From Eledone cirrhosa (lineage: Eukaryota), in the NCBI GenBank assembly GCA_964016885.1, contig OZ024745.1:16058001-16122000 (forward strand): DNA of 64,000 nucleotides, written 5' to 3'. A model generated the notes under the pieces. It did not search any database, had not been told where the DNA came from, and worked only from the letters and a program-made list of their open reading frames with translations. This document shows, piece after piece, positions 42,394-55,802 of this stretch; the stretch's first letter is position 1; each line of letters opens with the position of its first letter. The translations under genes and the position numbers were made by a program.

Positions 42394-42859
42394 AGTTTTG
42401 CGAGGTTTTTTTATATGAAATCGTGTGTCGAAACAAATATTGTTATACTTGGGGAGGGTCATTTTTGTGTAATAATATTGTCAGAATTAATAACAGAACA
42501 CACTCACTGTTTGGTTGGTTTTCGCTTCTGTGTCCTTTATATCGGTTAATTTAATTTATTCGGTCCTCAATGTTACCATTGACTGACCAACGGTCAAAAA
42601 TACAGAGGAAACATAATAGCACCACTGACGATGTTGCAGATGTTCAACGAAAGAAATTTGTTAGACTATATATATATGTGCTTGTGTCTATATTGTATCT
42701 GTATTTTTGACCGTTGGTCAGTCAATGGTAACATTGAGGACCGAATAAAGTAAATTAACCGATATAAAGGACACAGAAGCGAAAACCAACCAAACAGTGA
42801 GTGTGTTCTGTTATTAATTCTGGCAATATTATTACACAAATATGACCCTCCCCAAGTAT

Positions 42860-42866
<7 letters not shown>
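42394..42866. mobile_element. (TA)n island with ~170-bp inverted arms; decayed HHR in the spacer (42621-42663)
   Basis: Arms ~42437-42606 and 42698-42866. Spacer contains CTGACGA-T-GTTG...CAAC-GAAA. The left end is homologous to 10480-10540. Confidence 0.75.
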
Positions 42867-42893
<27 letters not shown>

Positions 42894-42895
<2 letters not shown>

Positions 42896-43099
42896 TAGAG
42901 AATAAAGGAAACACAAACATAAAGATAGACATTTCCCCTCTTCAGTTGTCTGCTGCGAGTCTCGGATGTCTTTAATGTGTCGAAACATCCGAGACCCGCA
43001 GCAGACAACTGAAGAGGGGAAATGTCTATCTCTATGTTTGTGTTTCCTTTATTCACTACATTTGTTATTAGTAACCACACAGCATTGTCCCTCTCAATT

Positions 43100-43102
<3 letters not shown>
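42894..43102. mobile_element. (TA)n island palindrome with 76-bp arms
   Basis: Arms 42894-42969 and 42985-43060; right extension to (TA)n; contains CGAAAC and CTGAAGAG. Confidence 0.75.
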
Positions 43103-43179
<77 letters not shown>

Positions 43180-43265
43180 CTGTATATATATATAAATAAT
43201 ATACATTAAAACAACAACAGAAGGCCGGACTGGAAAATTAGTTTTATAATTTTAATCCCGCGAAA

Positions 43266-43340
43266 ACCCTCAACATATTTCGATGACCCAACTCTATCAT
43301 CTGATTATGATGCAAGGCTGGGCGATTTCATCAGGTGTTA
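43266..43340 (-). ncRNA. Degenerate hammerhead motif
   Basis: Minus strand: CAC-CTGATGA-AATCGCCCAGC...GTTGGGTCATC-GAAA-TATG-TT^GAG; stem I is weak. Confidence 0.5.
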
Positions 43341-43370
43341 TTTGCATTGGTTAACAGCCTAACATAAATA

Positions 43371-43428
<58 letters not shown>

Positions 43429-43429
43429 G

Positions 43430-43575
<146 letters not shown>

Positions 43576-44089
43576 CACTGTAAAGGAGTTTGCTTTGCAA
43601 TCCCGTGGTTCTGTGTTTATGTTCAGTAACTTGGCTGTTTGATGAAAGGTGATTGATAAAACATGTAACAGTCTTTAATAAATTAAATACTGAGGTTGAT
43701 ATAGTCGACTAAATTAATGCCGTACCCCTAGGATTTTAATTACCTGTTTAAACATCGTGTATGCTCCGAAGAAAGAATTGTCAGCAATTAAATGTATTAA
43801 ACTAAGATTTGATTGTTTTATATTTTGTATATACGTACACATATAGATATATAGTTATATATATATACTTACTTTCTTACAAAAATAGAAGTGTGTTTAG
43901 TATACAGCATTGGTTATCCACTTCTAAGACATTCACTCACGCATAAACAGACACACATAGATAAACACATTCGCATGTACACGCAATATTTTATTTGGTT
44001 CCAAGAAAGTCCGGAAGAAGTTTGAAGAGTACAATAGACCTCCCAGCTATATCTATCACTGGATGCCACACCAAATCAACCATGAATCA

Positions 44090-44134
44090 CCTCCACCACC
44101 ATCATCAGCTACCACCACACCCCCGTTCCACCAT

Positions 44135-44168
<34 letters not shown>

Positions 44169-44212
44169 GCTGCTGCAGTTACTACTGCTGTTTCTACTAC
44201 CGTTGCTGCTGT

Positions 44213-44256
<44 letters not shown>

Positions 44257-44960
44257 CCTTTTCTTTACTGCCACGATCCTATCACATTTAACGACCCCCA
44301 TACACCGTTCCACTATCACACCCAATCACCACCACCGCCACCACCTCTACCACTACCACAACCATCACCACACCACAACCATCACCACCACCTCTACCCC
44401 CACCACAACTATCACCACACCACCACCACAACCACCACCGCAGATCACCCCACCGCCACCAAAACCTCCACCACCACTACTACCAACTCCACCAACACCA
44501 GCACCACTAATACCACCACCACCACCACCACTACCACACCACCACATACACTACCATACCATCACCAACACCAGCACCACTAATACCAGCACCACCACCA
44601 CCACTACCACACCGCCACCACCACCACCATTACCACACCACCACCACCACCACCACCACCACCATTACCACACCACCACCACCACTAACACTGCAACCCC
44701 CACCTCTCCTCACCACCACAACCACCACACACCAATCCCCCCACCACTACCACACCATCACCACCACCAACACTACCACCACCATTACCACACCACCACC
44801 ACCACCACCACCACTACCACACCACCACCACCACCAACACCACCACCATTACCACACCACCACCATCACTGCAAACCCGCCGCCCACCTCTCCTCACCTC
44901 CACAACCACCACTTACCAATCCCCCCACCACTACCACACCACCACCACCACCGCCACCAC
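44090..44960 (+). repeat. (ACT)n and degenerate (ACC)n tract
   Basis: Direct inspection. Confidence 0.9.
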
Positions 44961-45306
44961 TTTCTGTGACACGTGTTCCTCTGAAATCAAGTGGAAGCTA
45001 TCCATGTTGGAAGCCAGTTTCCTAGGTTGTTCACTGGACCATAACTTACCACAGTAAAAATGGAATTTTCTAACTTATCAAGCCATGCGTGACATTACTG
45101 CAAAATTGGAAGAATATGAAGATGGTAGCAATGTAAACAGTGCACAATGCAGTGATGGTGATGGTGGTGTAGTGGTGGTGGATTTAGGGGTGGAGCGGAC
45201 TTATTTGACTGTAGTAGAACAACGTGCATTGATTAAAACATGTACACACAAGTTTTACACGCACACACACACACATACATATATGTGTACGTACGTACTT
45301 ATGTGT

Positions 45307-45339
<33 letters not shown>

Positions 45340-47170
45340 CACGTATATATATATATGTATATGTATATACAATAAAATACAATGATGGTATATTAGTTTA
45401 ACGCTTGATATACTTTGAAACGTATCCATATTCCAAAGACATGTACACCCTTAATGCTGTTCTCAGGGAGATTCAGCGTGACAGTGTTTGTGTGACACGG
45501 CTGGTTCTTTGAATTACAGTTACAATTTATTTTTTTGCAGCTACTGTGGACTCGAGCAACGTGATATAAAGTCTTATATAATAAATATTTATGCTAGACG
45601 TCAGCTTATATAAGATTTTAAATATATTTAATGTAGATATAACTACAGTTTTTAAAATAGAAGACTTTTCCGTGAAAGGAATAAAGTGTAAACACTTTCA
45701 ACTATTGCTCCGTACGCTGATAAATATGAAATATTTCCTTTATGCAATTTGATAATTTTTGTCTACTTACTAGAAGATAAGTTCCCCAATGATTCTGTCT
45801 ACAGAAGAATCTTACTGTATACACTGATATACGAGTACAATAACATCCATGGGTTTGGCTGGTCTTGCTTGGTGATCCAGTCGGGTCAATTGGAGGCAGT
45901 GTTTCAAGACTCTGTCCTCACGACTCTCCCAGGAATAGGTGCGCGGAGAAGATAATGAAGAATAATATTTACTATTACAACAAGCAGAAGCAACTCCAAT
46001 TGGATTACAGCAAATATCTATAAAACAGATGTGCGCTAAATATAAATAGTACAGGACATCACTACAGTCTTGGCATTTAGGAAATATCATCTTACCCCAC
46101 AGATTAAATATGAGTGTGTCGAAAGAAGAAAGGATTGAACTGTTACTTCTTAGTAAACACGAAGGATTGTCATATCGAAAGATATATGTTTTAATGCACG
46201 CCATCCTCGAATGACCGTTTTCTTTAGTGAAACCCTGTATATCAAGAAGGATGAGGCTGAATATTGCTGAAACAATCACTTAAAATTTGTATGAGATGCA
46301 TATGTTTGTCAACGTGATTAAGGAAATAATAAATATCTATGCTAGTACACATAGGGGTAATTATCATCTGACGAGGAGAGAAAAACAATTGAAATTCATT
46401 AAGGAATGTTTTAATGTTATTTAGTGAGCAGAGGAATATTGGAAAACGAGATGAGTTACATTGCAAATGTTTTCGCAAAGCTTCTCCTTCGAGACTTATG
46501 TGTCTTTTACTAAATTCATGCAAATGTTCTCAAAGGACTAAATAGCCATGTATATAAGGGTAAAGACCCCCTTCGATCATCAATGGCCTTGGGTTTTGCA
46601 CCGAGAAAGTTGCTCTCCGTGGCATAAGCCCAGGAAAGGTGTTTGGTGAAAGACCAGCAATCACCCATGCATATAATCTTCTCTTTCAACTGATATCGTC
46701 GAAGGGAAAGGCTTGACACCAGTAACGTTGCAACTAATTTCTACAGGAGCAACGTGAAATAAAGTGTCTTGTTCAAGGACCCAACAAACTTATGACTTCA
46801 CGATTGTGTATCTAACTTTCTAGTCACAAAGCCACGTGCTTTTTCCATGCCACCACTCAGACTGGATTGTAGTGTTTGTAGCCTCCCACCTTCTTTTTTC
46901 TTCTTTTTCACATTTTCTTTTTCTTCCCCCAATATAATCGAGTTATAATTCTTGAAGCAATATTTGTTTTGTTTCGTTTTAATCCAACGAGAACTGAGAG
47001 TTCCACCAATCACTCCACTATCAATGAAATCACTCCACTGTCAAATTACATCCATGACTAAATTTTGCTTCTGAAAGACGTTTGAGAGTTCTCTTACTTG
47101 TTACACACAACTATCCAGCACTAGATGGTTATATCGTTGGATTATTTGACATGAAGTAAAGTATTCCCTG

Positions 47171-48186
47171 CATAATACTGAATAACATATGAAAGAAAAG
47201 ATAAAACAACTAAGCTAAATATAAATGATGTACAATAAATAATCTACTTGAAATATAATGACAATTATTAACAGTTGAAAGTAAAAAATGTAAGGTTATA
47301 AAAATATTGTAAAAAGCCATCCTTAACGTTATTGACTGACACCAGAAAAGACATTTTGATATATTCTATGACATTCTTTGATATCTATTGATATTGTATT
47401 ACAATTTGTAACCTTATATTTTTTACTTTCAACTGTTAATAATTATCATTATATTTCAAGTACATTATTTATTGTACATCATAGGGCGGTGGATTGGCAG
47501 TATCTGTAGAGAGTCGGGCACCATGCTTTGAAGCATAGAGTTACGTCCCTTTATGATCTGAGTTCAAATCCCGCCGAGGTTAACTTTGCCTTTCATCCTT
47601 ACGGGGTCGATAAAATAAAGTACCAGTAATGTACTGGGTAATTGCTGGCCTTGTGCCTAAAATAGAAACAATTATTTATTGTACATCAAAGGGCGGTGGA
47701 TTGGGAGTATCGGTAGAGAGTCGGACGCCATGCTTTGCAGCATAGAGTTACGGCCCTTTATGATCTGAGTTCAAATCCCGCCGAGGTTAATTTTACCTTT
47801 CATCCTTACGGGGTCAATAAAATAAAGTACCAGTTACGCACTGGGGTCGATTTAATCGACTTTCCTCTCCCCCAAAATTGCTGGCCTTGTGCCTATATAA
47901 GAAACCATTATTTATTGTACATCATAGGGCGGTGGATTGGCAGTATCGGTAGAGGGTCGGACGCCATGCTTTGACGTATAGAGTTACGGCCCTTGCCATT
48001 CTGAGTTCAAATCCCGCCGAGGTTAACTTTGCCTTTCATCCTTACGAGGTCGATAAAATAAAGTACCAGTAATGCACTGGGTAATTGCTGGCCTTGTGCC
48101 AAACGTAGAAACAATTATTTATTGTACATCATTTATATTTAGCTTAGTTGTATTATCTTTCCTTTCATATGTTATTCAGTATTATG
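47171..48186. mobile_element. AT-rich foldback/MITE whose right arm is split by three tandem SINEs
   Basis: Left arm 47171-47303 is the reverse complement of 47403-47482 plus 48114-48186. Confidence 0.8.
47484..48116 (+). mobile_element. Three head-to-tail SINEs (starting 47484, 47691, 47927)
   Basis: Each copy is bounded by ATTATTTATTGTACATCA. Confidence 0.9.
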
Positions 48187-48191
48187 TAATA

Positions 48192-48780
48192 CTATGGCCC
48201 GTCCGGCTGGCGACCGGCTAGGTATACCGGCATTTTATCTTTTCAGGAATCCCCCCTCCACTCCAGTGCAAAGATACCGTACTCTCTCTCAAGTCAGCGA
48301 GGGGGGGGGGGGTTGTTGAACGTGCTCTAATGTTGGGCTTGAATAGTTAAAAATCGGATTCAGTTTTGCAAGGACCTGTATGGCACACTGATGCTGTAAT
48401 GCAATGTGGATGCAATCAGCTTGTGAACTCACCTGCTTCAATCTGGCTTGTTCTGTCTGTGTTGCTCTCCTGTCTTCTGCACGGGACCTCAGTTGCTGAA
48501 GGTGAGACTTGCGCTGCTCTTGAGACTGGGCTGATCGAATGGCTCTCGCTTGAGTCCTCATCTGCCGAAGGCGACGTTAATGATCATCTTCAGACTCTCT
48601 TGCTCTAGTAACATTTTTTCTTCTGGAAAATCTGATCTTGTGGCCAGGCTGGGACTTTTTTGGTGCAAAGAGGAAGTGGTCGGACAGGCTCTGATATTTG
48701 TCTATCTTCCTTTCCTCTGCTTTGCGTCCCTATTGCATAGAATGTCACCTTCACGTATAACCCTGCGATACTCTATTCTA
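48192..48780 (-). mobile_element. Internally deleted Helitron-like relic
   Basis: Minus strand: RARESEDDH*RRLRQMRTQARAIRSAQSQEQRKSHLQQLRSRAEDRRATQTEQARL, similar to the R/E/Q repeats at the Rep-Hel N-terminus; GC hairpin then ATAG|T at ~48192-48225. Confidence 0.5.
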
Positions 48781-49659
48781 TTAGTGATCTTACAGTTCGT
48801 TTATGTATATGTTTGTATGCATGCATACGCACATACGCAGGTATGTATGCGCGGGTGTTTGTATGTGTAGTTTTTAAACAGCGCATATGTGTATGTGTAG
48901 TTCTTAAACAGCTATCGACAATATTTTAATTAGTAGTGGGAAGAATTTTCTGCAAGACGATGGCGAAAGCCTGATAAATTTCCAATTTACTACAAATATG
49001 GGAATATTTCCTGCCAAGATATAATCTGGAAGTTATAAAGTTTTAATCTAAAATCGACGTTCACTTTATAACCGCAAATTTTACCGATTATTTCATTGCG
49101 AAGTATTTGGAATTTAAAATTTAATGATAAAATTTACATAAAATACTATTATGTACTGTAACTAGTGAAGGTATGTGGCTTTAATGGTTAGGGTATTGAA
49201 CCCACAATACTAAGGTAACGAGTTCGATTCCCGTATCGAGTGTCGTGTTATGTATGTCCTTGAGGAAGACAATCTATTTCAGGTTAGTCCATTCCAAGAC
49301 TGAAGTCTTGATGTCACTGGTGCTAAGTTGAATCGAATTTGCCGTCCCCGTGGACAGCATCAATGATGCAGAGAGAAGAAACTTGCATGTAAGTGGGGGC
49401 TGCTGGTCTTCAACAAAACACCTTGCTCGAGCTTGCGCCTAGGAGAGTAATTTTTCAGGCGCAAACCAATGGTTTGCCATGGTCGAAGTGGGGCTTATTA
49501 CTGTAGTAACAAATAGGAAGAAGTATACAGTTTTATGCGCAGTTTGTGTGGTTAGTGAGAGTACTTCATAATCAGGTGGTCTCGGGTCCAGACTCATTGC
49601 ATGGCCCCTTTCGTAGGTGTGTTATTCTAGAGCTTCGGGTTGATCATTATTATAAGCGT

Positions 49660-49820
49660 CAGACACCATGCTTTGCAGCATAGTTAAGGCCCTTTAAGTT
49701 CTGAGTTCAAATCCCGCCGAGGTTAATTTTGCCTTTCATCCTTAGGGGGTCGATAAAATAAAGCACCAGTAATACACTGGTGTAATTGCTGGCCTTGTGC
49801 CAAAACGTAGAAACAATTAT
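49660..49820 (+). mobile_element. SINE main family (further copies: 51285-51490 -, 51801-51910 +, 56553-56775 +, 57805-57900 +, 63620-63820 -)
   Basis: Consensus matches. Confidence 0.8.
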
Positions 49821-49831
49821 TATACACGCAC

Positions 49832-49881
<50 letters not shown>

Positions 49882-52805
49882 GCACACACACACACACACG
49901 TGCGATTGTTGTGCATTTATGTGCGTCTATATTTACGTTTATAATTTCTTTATGTCACGTAACTTAGCATTTCGACAAGTAGAGAACGATAAAAATATGG
50001 CCAACTTGAAAGGTAGCGCGTCTAGCATGGCCACAGTCTAATGACCGAAACCTGTAAAACAATAAAAGAAATTTACTTTAAAGTTACTTTAATCACTCAA
50101 TGCAGCAATCAAGGTAATGTTCCGATGTTTCACTTTCGGCATAGAAATTGTGAACAATGAGATAAAAGTGAATGAATTTGGAAGGAAATAAAAATGAAAG
50201 GTATCTGGTTTTTCTTTGAATTTTTTTAATCGATAAACTGAAAGATTTATTGTGAACACTTTTTCCTGAGTAATTTATTGATAAATTATATTTTTACACC
50301 AACATGGTCTCTCCCCCTCTCTCTCTCTTAACAGACTGTTTGTAGTCAGTTGCCGCCCACCAATAAATTATCCCTCAAAAAGGTGATGCAGCGGTTAGTG
50401 TGGAAGTCTACGATATGTGTCTCAATGATAGTGCACTCTCTCTGTTGTATGGCAGATAAATACATCTATGATAGTGTATTGTTTCTATTGTATGACATAC
50501 GAGTCCCTCTGTGATAGTATAACCTTTGCTGTATGACATACGAATATATTTGTGATAGTGTAGTCTGTCTATTGTTTCAGAGGTGAATAACTCTGTATCA
50601 GTGCTCTCTATTATATAACAAAGGAATCTATGTTAAATGTTAATATAGTTTCTCTGTTGTACAATAGCTGAGAGTATTTCTAGTGTACGATCGTGCAATA
50701 TTTCTCGTATATACTCATATAAACTTGAACTTCTTAGATTACTTTTTGAGGTTAAGTTTATGGGATTAGCTATTACATGGGTATTTCTTTTGAAGAATTA
50801 AAATTACAATTAAATTACAATCAAGGAGCCCAGATAAAATACTATATCTATAAACAGGAGCCCAGATGTACATCAATGGATACAAAATAAATACAAACAA
50901 TGAATTACAACAATCTGATGTTTCTACACACCAAAACACACTTAAATATTGTCACGTACCCCTTATAAATGTAATTTCCTTATCGCAACCTTTAATCCCA
51001 AGATGATACTTTGATTCACAAATATTGATCTATTGTATGTAAAGAGGTAATCGATTTTACATGAGATACATGAAATAAATCTAAATTTTTTGGGGAAAAA
51101 TAAAAGTTGCGAGACGACTTTTACGTAGGATCGCCTTTTACACGAATATATACGACATACTCTATCATAGTTATATACCTCTATCTCTGATATTGCTGTC
51201 TCTCTATTGAAGCTGTTCTAAAACTGACAAATATTAGTTCCTTTCCTACAAATATTTGAGAAATATTTATGTTATTTCCCAACCTAATGATTTCCGGTTT
51301 AGGCACAAGGCCAACAATTTGTGGGGAGGGCAAAGTCAATTAAATCGACTCCAGTGCGTTACAGGTATTTTATTTTATCGACCCCATAAGGAGGAAAGAC
51401 AAAGCGAACCTCGACGGGATTTGAACTCAGAACGCAAAGGGACGTAATTCTATGCCGTAAAGCATGTTGTTCGACGCTCTACCGATACTCAAATATTTCA
51501 CCTTTTCTATTTAATGAATGGCGAATTCTCCGCATGCGAAGATCAATCGAAATAATTGTCCTGTTCTGTGTGGTGGCACACCCTGAAGTGGCTGTAGAGG
51601 TCAATCCTGGACCCACAGGCTCTGGTACATTTAAGGCAAGTGTACAGTAGGTGGTTGGGTGACGGAGAGCTTTGTTCAATGATGTTTGTTTCAGCTGCCT
51701 CTTTCCTGCCCTCCTCAAAGCTAGCTGCAGCTATTTCGATGGTCGCTCTCCATTTCTCTTTGTCTTCTTATAAAACCTGTTATTATTTATTGTAAAAAAA
51801 AATCCCGCCAAGGTTAACTTTGCCTTTCATCCTTACGGGGTCGATAAAATAAAGTACCAGTAATGCACTGGGTAATTGCTGGCCTTGTGCCTAACGTAGA
51901 AAGAATTATTTATTGTAAAAACTGTTTAAACTAATTAGATTATTTTTACAGTATGGGAACGAAAAGAAAGCGACTCTCAGATTGGAACAAGGAAACTGTT
52001 TCCATTAATCTTTCAATTGCTGATATTATCTGCCGGCTTGTCGCAACATATGGTAGGAGCATCACCACTTTTTCGGTGACATGAAGTAGGATTTGAACTC
52101 AGAAATCACAGAAACGGGACAAATAGAGCAATAGTTGTTATGATGGTAAAATGATGATGACGATGATGACGACGACGTTGATATTATGTTGATGAACAAG
52201 ATGATGATGGTAGCAATGATAGAAGTAATGATGGGAGTGATGATAATGATGATGATCATATGATGCTGATGGTCATGATAATAGTTGTGATGATAACGAT
52301 GATGTTGTTGTTGTTGGGGGGGGGGGGATGATGATGAATGTCGATGTTCTTGTGATCGTTAAATTGTGTAATTGATGCTACAGTGATCGTTAAACCTTAT
52401 ATTTATGTAGAGTAAACTTTGGATAAAATATTCCCGATAAAACGTAACGTTGACCTCTGTGTCACTTTTGACACGACCTAGGTCATTGATGCCAATGTTT
52501 TTACAAAGAAAATTTATGATTGTGTACAATACCTAAATATCAGTCCTGTTATGTAAAACTGTAGGAAGATTGTAATTATAGTATTTACACTTACTGATCT
52601 CTTACATTACACATGAGCTGTCTCGCATATTGACTAAGAATTAACGCTACTTCGTTCGCTAAATAAACTACCCTATTCATAGCATTTTACTGTTTTTGTA
52701 ATGTTTCCTTATTTGGCGCCCTTGTGGCAAATATAATAAGGTCGGCCTTATGCCTAAATTAGAAACTGTTATTATTTATTATCATTATTGGAGGGTGGGC
52801 GGTTA

Positions 52806-53220
52806 AGGGTGGTGGATTGGCATAATCGATAGAACGTCGGACAACATGCTTAGCGGCACAGTGTTATGGCCTTTTACGTTCTGAGTTCAAATCCCCCTGA
52901 GGTTAGCTATGTTTTTCACCCTTAAGGGGTAGATAAAATAAAGTACCAGTAACGCATTAGGGTCTATTTAATCGATTGTTAGCCTTCTGCCTAAATCAGA
53001 AACCATTATATCTATAGTGTGAAGGATTGGGCGGTGGATTGGCAGTACCGGTAGAGGGTCGGACGCCATGCCTTGACGCATAGAGTTACAGCCCTTGCCA
53101 TTCTGAGTTCAAATCCCGCCGAGGTTAACTTTACCTTTCATCCTTACGGGGTCGATAAAATAAAGTACCAGCAATGCACTGGGTAATTGCTGGCCTTGTG
53201 CCTAAAGTAGAAACAATTAT
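52806..53220 (+). mobile_element. Two tandem SINEs; the second is inserted at the tail of the first
   Basis: ATTATATCTATAGTGTGA flanks the second copy (53006 and 53216). Confidence 0.8.
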
Positions 53221-54099
53221 ATCTATAGTGTGATGTAAGTATTACATCAGTGGCCTAGCAACAGCTGAGGGATCACGTCTTGGAGTTTGAGGGCCTTCAT
53301 GATTCGGTTAAGGCCAAAATTGTCACAGCAACCTCGGGGCACTAATTCAAAAGACGTGGTTAGCGTGTTAGGCTCATAAGCTCGTGGTTTCGATTCCTAG
53401 GCCATGTGGTACATTGTCTTTTTGTCACGTTGCTCCAATTAACTCGGCTTAAAAGGAGTACGAGCTGCAATGTTAGCCTCACAACGTATTGGAGTGCCCC
53501 CTTTTGAATTTACAGGTACCGCCCATCTGACGGGCCATCACTTATTTTCCCTCTACACAATTTTAGACACAAGGCATGGATTAACTGAAAGCTATGGTAA
53601 ATGACATGAGAGACGTCATATCTGCTTTTGACTGTTTTCATCAACAGGATGAAACCTTCTTCCCTAATGGGATCCAATTACTGCAACACAAAGTATGTGA
53701 GCCGCAAGCGAGACTGTTGAAAAATAAACCTCATTTGGTCACATCCCATGAGAATAACTTAGTCAGCCTATGAAGATTTCAGCCGACCCTCTTACCTCAG
53801 ATACCACTCATCATTGATATTGAACCCGGGACCAAATAATTGTAAACCAAACTTCTTAAATATTCGACCACGTTCGTCCATTATGTTGTGTATTAACTTA
53901 TTAGTTATTATAACTTTCTGTTTCCTATCATTTTACATTTTTTAAAAATATCTGCATTGATCTATTCTATGTTGTGTTTCTTTCTCTTTTGTTATGGAGT
54001 GTAGCATCGTTTGTCTTCCAGGGACTCCACGTTGGCCACAACATTCACTGAAAGCCGCATCAATCTATTTAGATTGCAGTTCTATATAATATGTGAGTG

Positions 54100-54360
54100 A
54101 CAATTGGATTAGGCAGTTGCCAGGTAAATATGGACGATTCACATTAGCTTTCCATTGGTGTGTTCTATTAGGAGAATGTAGTTTATCAACTTCTGTATCC
54201 AGTGAAACAAGGACTGCTAGTTTCTATTCTTTACCTCATGATAGTCAGAAATATTTATTGAGGTCTTTTACAGTTGAACTTCCCATGCGCATAATTAGAT
54301 CTTCTCTGTAGTAGTGATATTTTCTCATCTTCCACTTCAAACATGCCTACTGTATTTTAG
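54100..54360 (-). mobile_element. Possible heavily decayed RTE-group LINE 3' fragment
   Basis: Weak similarity to the P..GK...GRP C-terminal motif. Confidence 0.3.
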
Positions 54361-55022
54361 TTGATGCTAACATAAATGTAATGTTTCCCCTTTAGTCTTA
54401 CGATTCTATAACAGAGTTGTTACAGTTACTTAATGGATTTTTATGGAGCAATGCTTAATCATAGACAGCAGTGTGAACTCCACAGTTGAAATAGTATGAT
54501 GTGTGTGAGATATATATGTATATGTCGTATGATCTTTCAAACTGAATTGAGATTTAGTCAGCTGGTTCGGCAAATTTCTAGTGAAGAAAAAAGAAAATAC
54601 CATTGCCGACAGTTAATAGAAAATGGCATAGCATGAACTTGCATAGAGAAAGAAAATTAATAATCAAACAAGTAGCATTAAATTTTTCTTCTTTCAATAG
54701 TACGACAGAATACAAAGAGAGAGAAAAAGTCATCTCTCCGTCGTAAAACCATTGCAGTGCACCTATCACAGCCAATAAATGTATGTCTTTTTAAAACAGC
54801 CATCGTCACGTCAGACAGATGTCACCATTTTCCTCATTTTCAACATGAAATTTCTTTTCTTCTCGAAATTAAATGAACATGGCTCACGGCAACCTGAAGA
54901 AGGTCGTAGCATCGGTGAGGAAATGTATGATATGTCTTCTTAAATCATTGTCAACAGCACAGCATTCTGGGATAGATTGTACTTGATATTTATCATTAGC
55001 GACATGCTTACGAATGTACAAA

Positions 55023-55039
<17 letters not shown>

Positions 55040-55063
<24 letters not shown>

Positions 55064-55170
55064 TGTGTCTGTCTGTATATATATATATATAGTGTGTCTG
55101 TCTGTGTATATATATATATATATATATATAGTGTGTGTCTGTCTGTATATATATATATATAGTGTGTCTG

Positions 55171-55243
<73 letters not shown>

Positions 55244-55324
55244 AACAAATATAGTGTATGTCTGTCTGTATATATATATATATATAGTGTGAGTCTGTAT
55301 ATATATATATATAGTGTGAGTCTG

Positions 55325-55367
<43 letters not shown>

Positions 55368-55445
55368 TGAGTCTGTCTGTATATATATATATAGTGTGTG
55401 TGTCTGTCTGTATATATATATATATATATATATAGTGTGTGTCTG

Positions 55446-55482
<37 letters not shown>

Positions 55483-55552
55483 TGTGTCTGTCTGTATATA
55501 TATATATATAGTGTGAGTCTGTCTGTATATATATATATATAGTGTGAGTCTG

Positions 55553-55595
<43 letters not shown>

Positions 55596-55640
55596 TGAGT
55601 CTGTCTGTATATATATATATATATATATAGTGTGTGTCTG

Positions 55641-55705
<65 letters not shown>

Positions 55706-55802
55706 TGTGTCTGTCTGTATATATATATATATATATATATATAGTGTGTGTCTGTCTGTATATATGTATATATATATATATATAGTGTGTGTGTGTGTCT
55801 GT
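55040..55802 (+). repeat. Compound minisatellite [AGTGTG(T/A)GTCTGTCTG-(TA)n]
   Basis: About 20 fixed 18-nt motifs separated by (TA)n of variable length. Confidence 0.9.

Noticed and set aside
42975-43025. Complete hammerhead in the 42894 palindrome
   Set aside because: CGAAAC and CTGAAGAG are present, but I could not form consistent stems or a cleavage triplet.
44063-45025. 320-aa Pro/His/Thr-rich ORF (extensin- or mucin-like)
   Set aside because: All frames are open because of the (ACC)n/(ACT)n repeats; no signal peptide or splice support.
45050-45097. 48-nt minus-strand exon with AG/GTAAGT
   Set aside because: Stop codons in all three frames.
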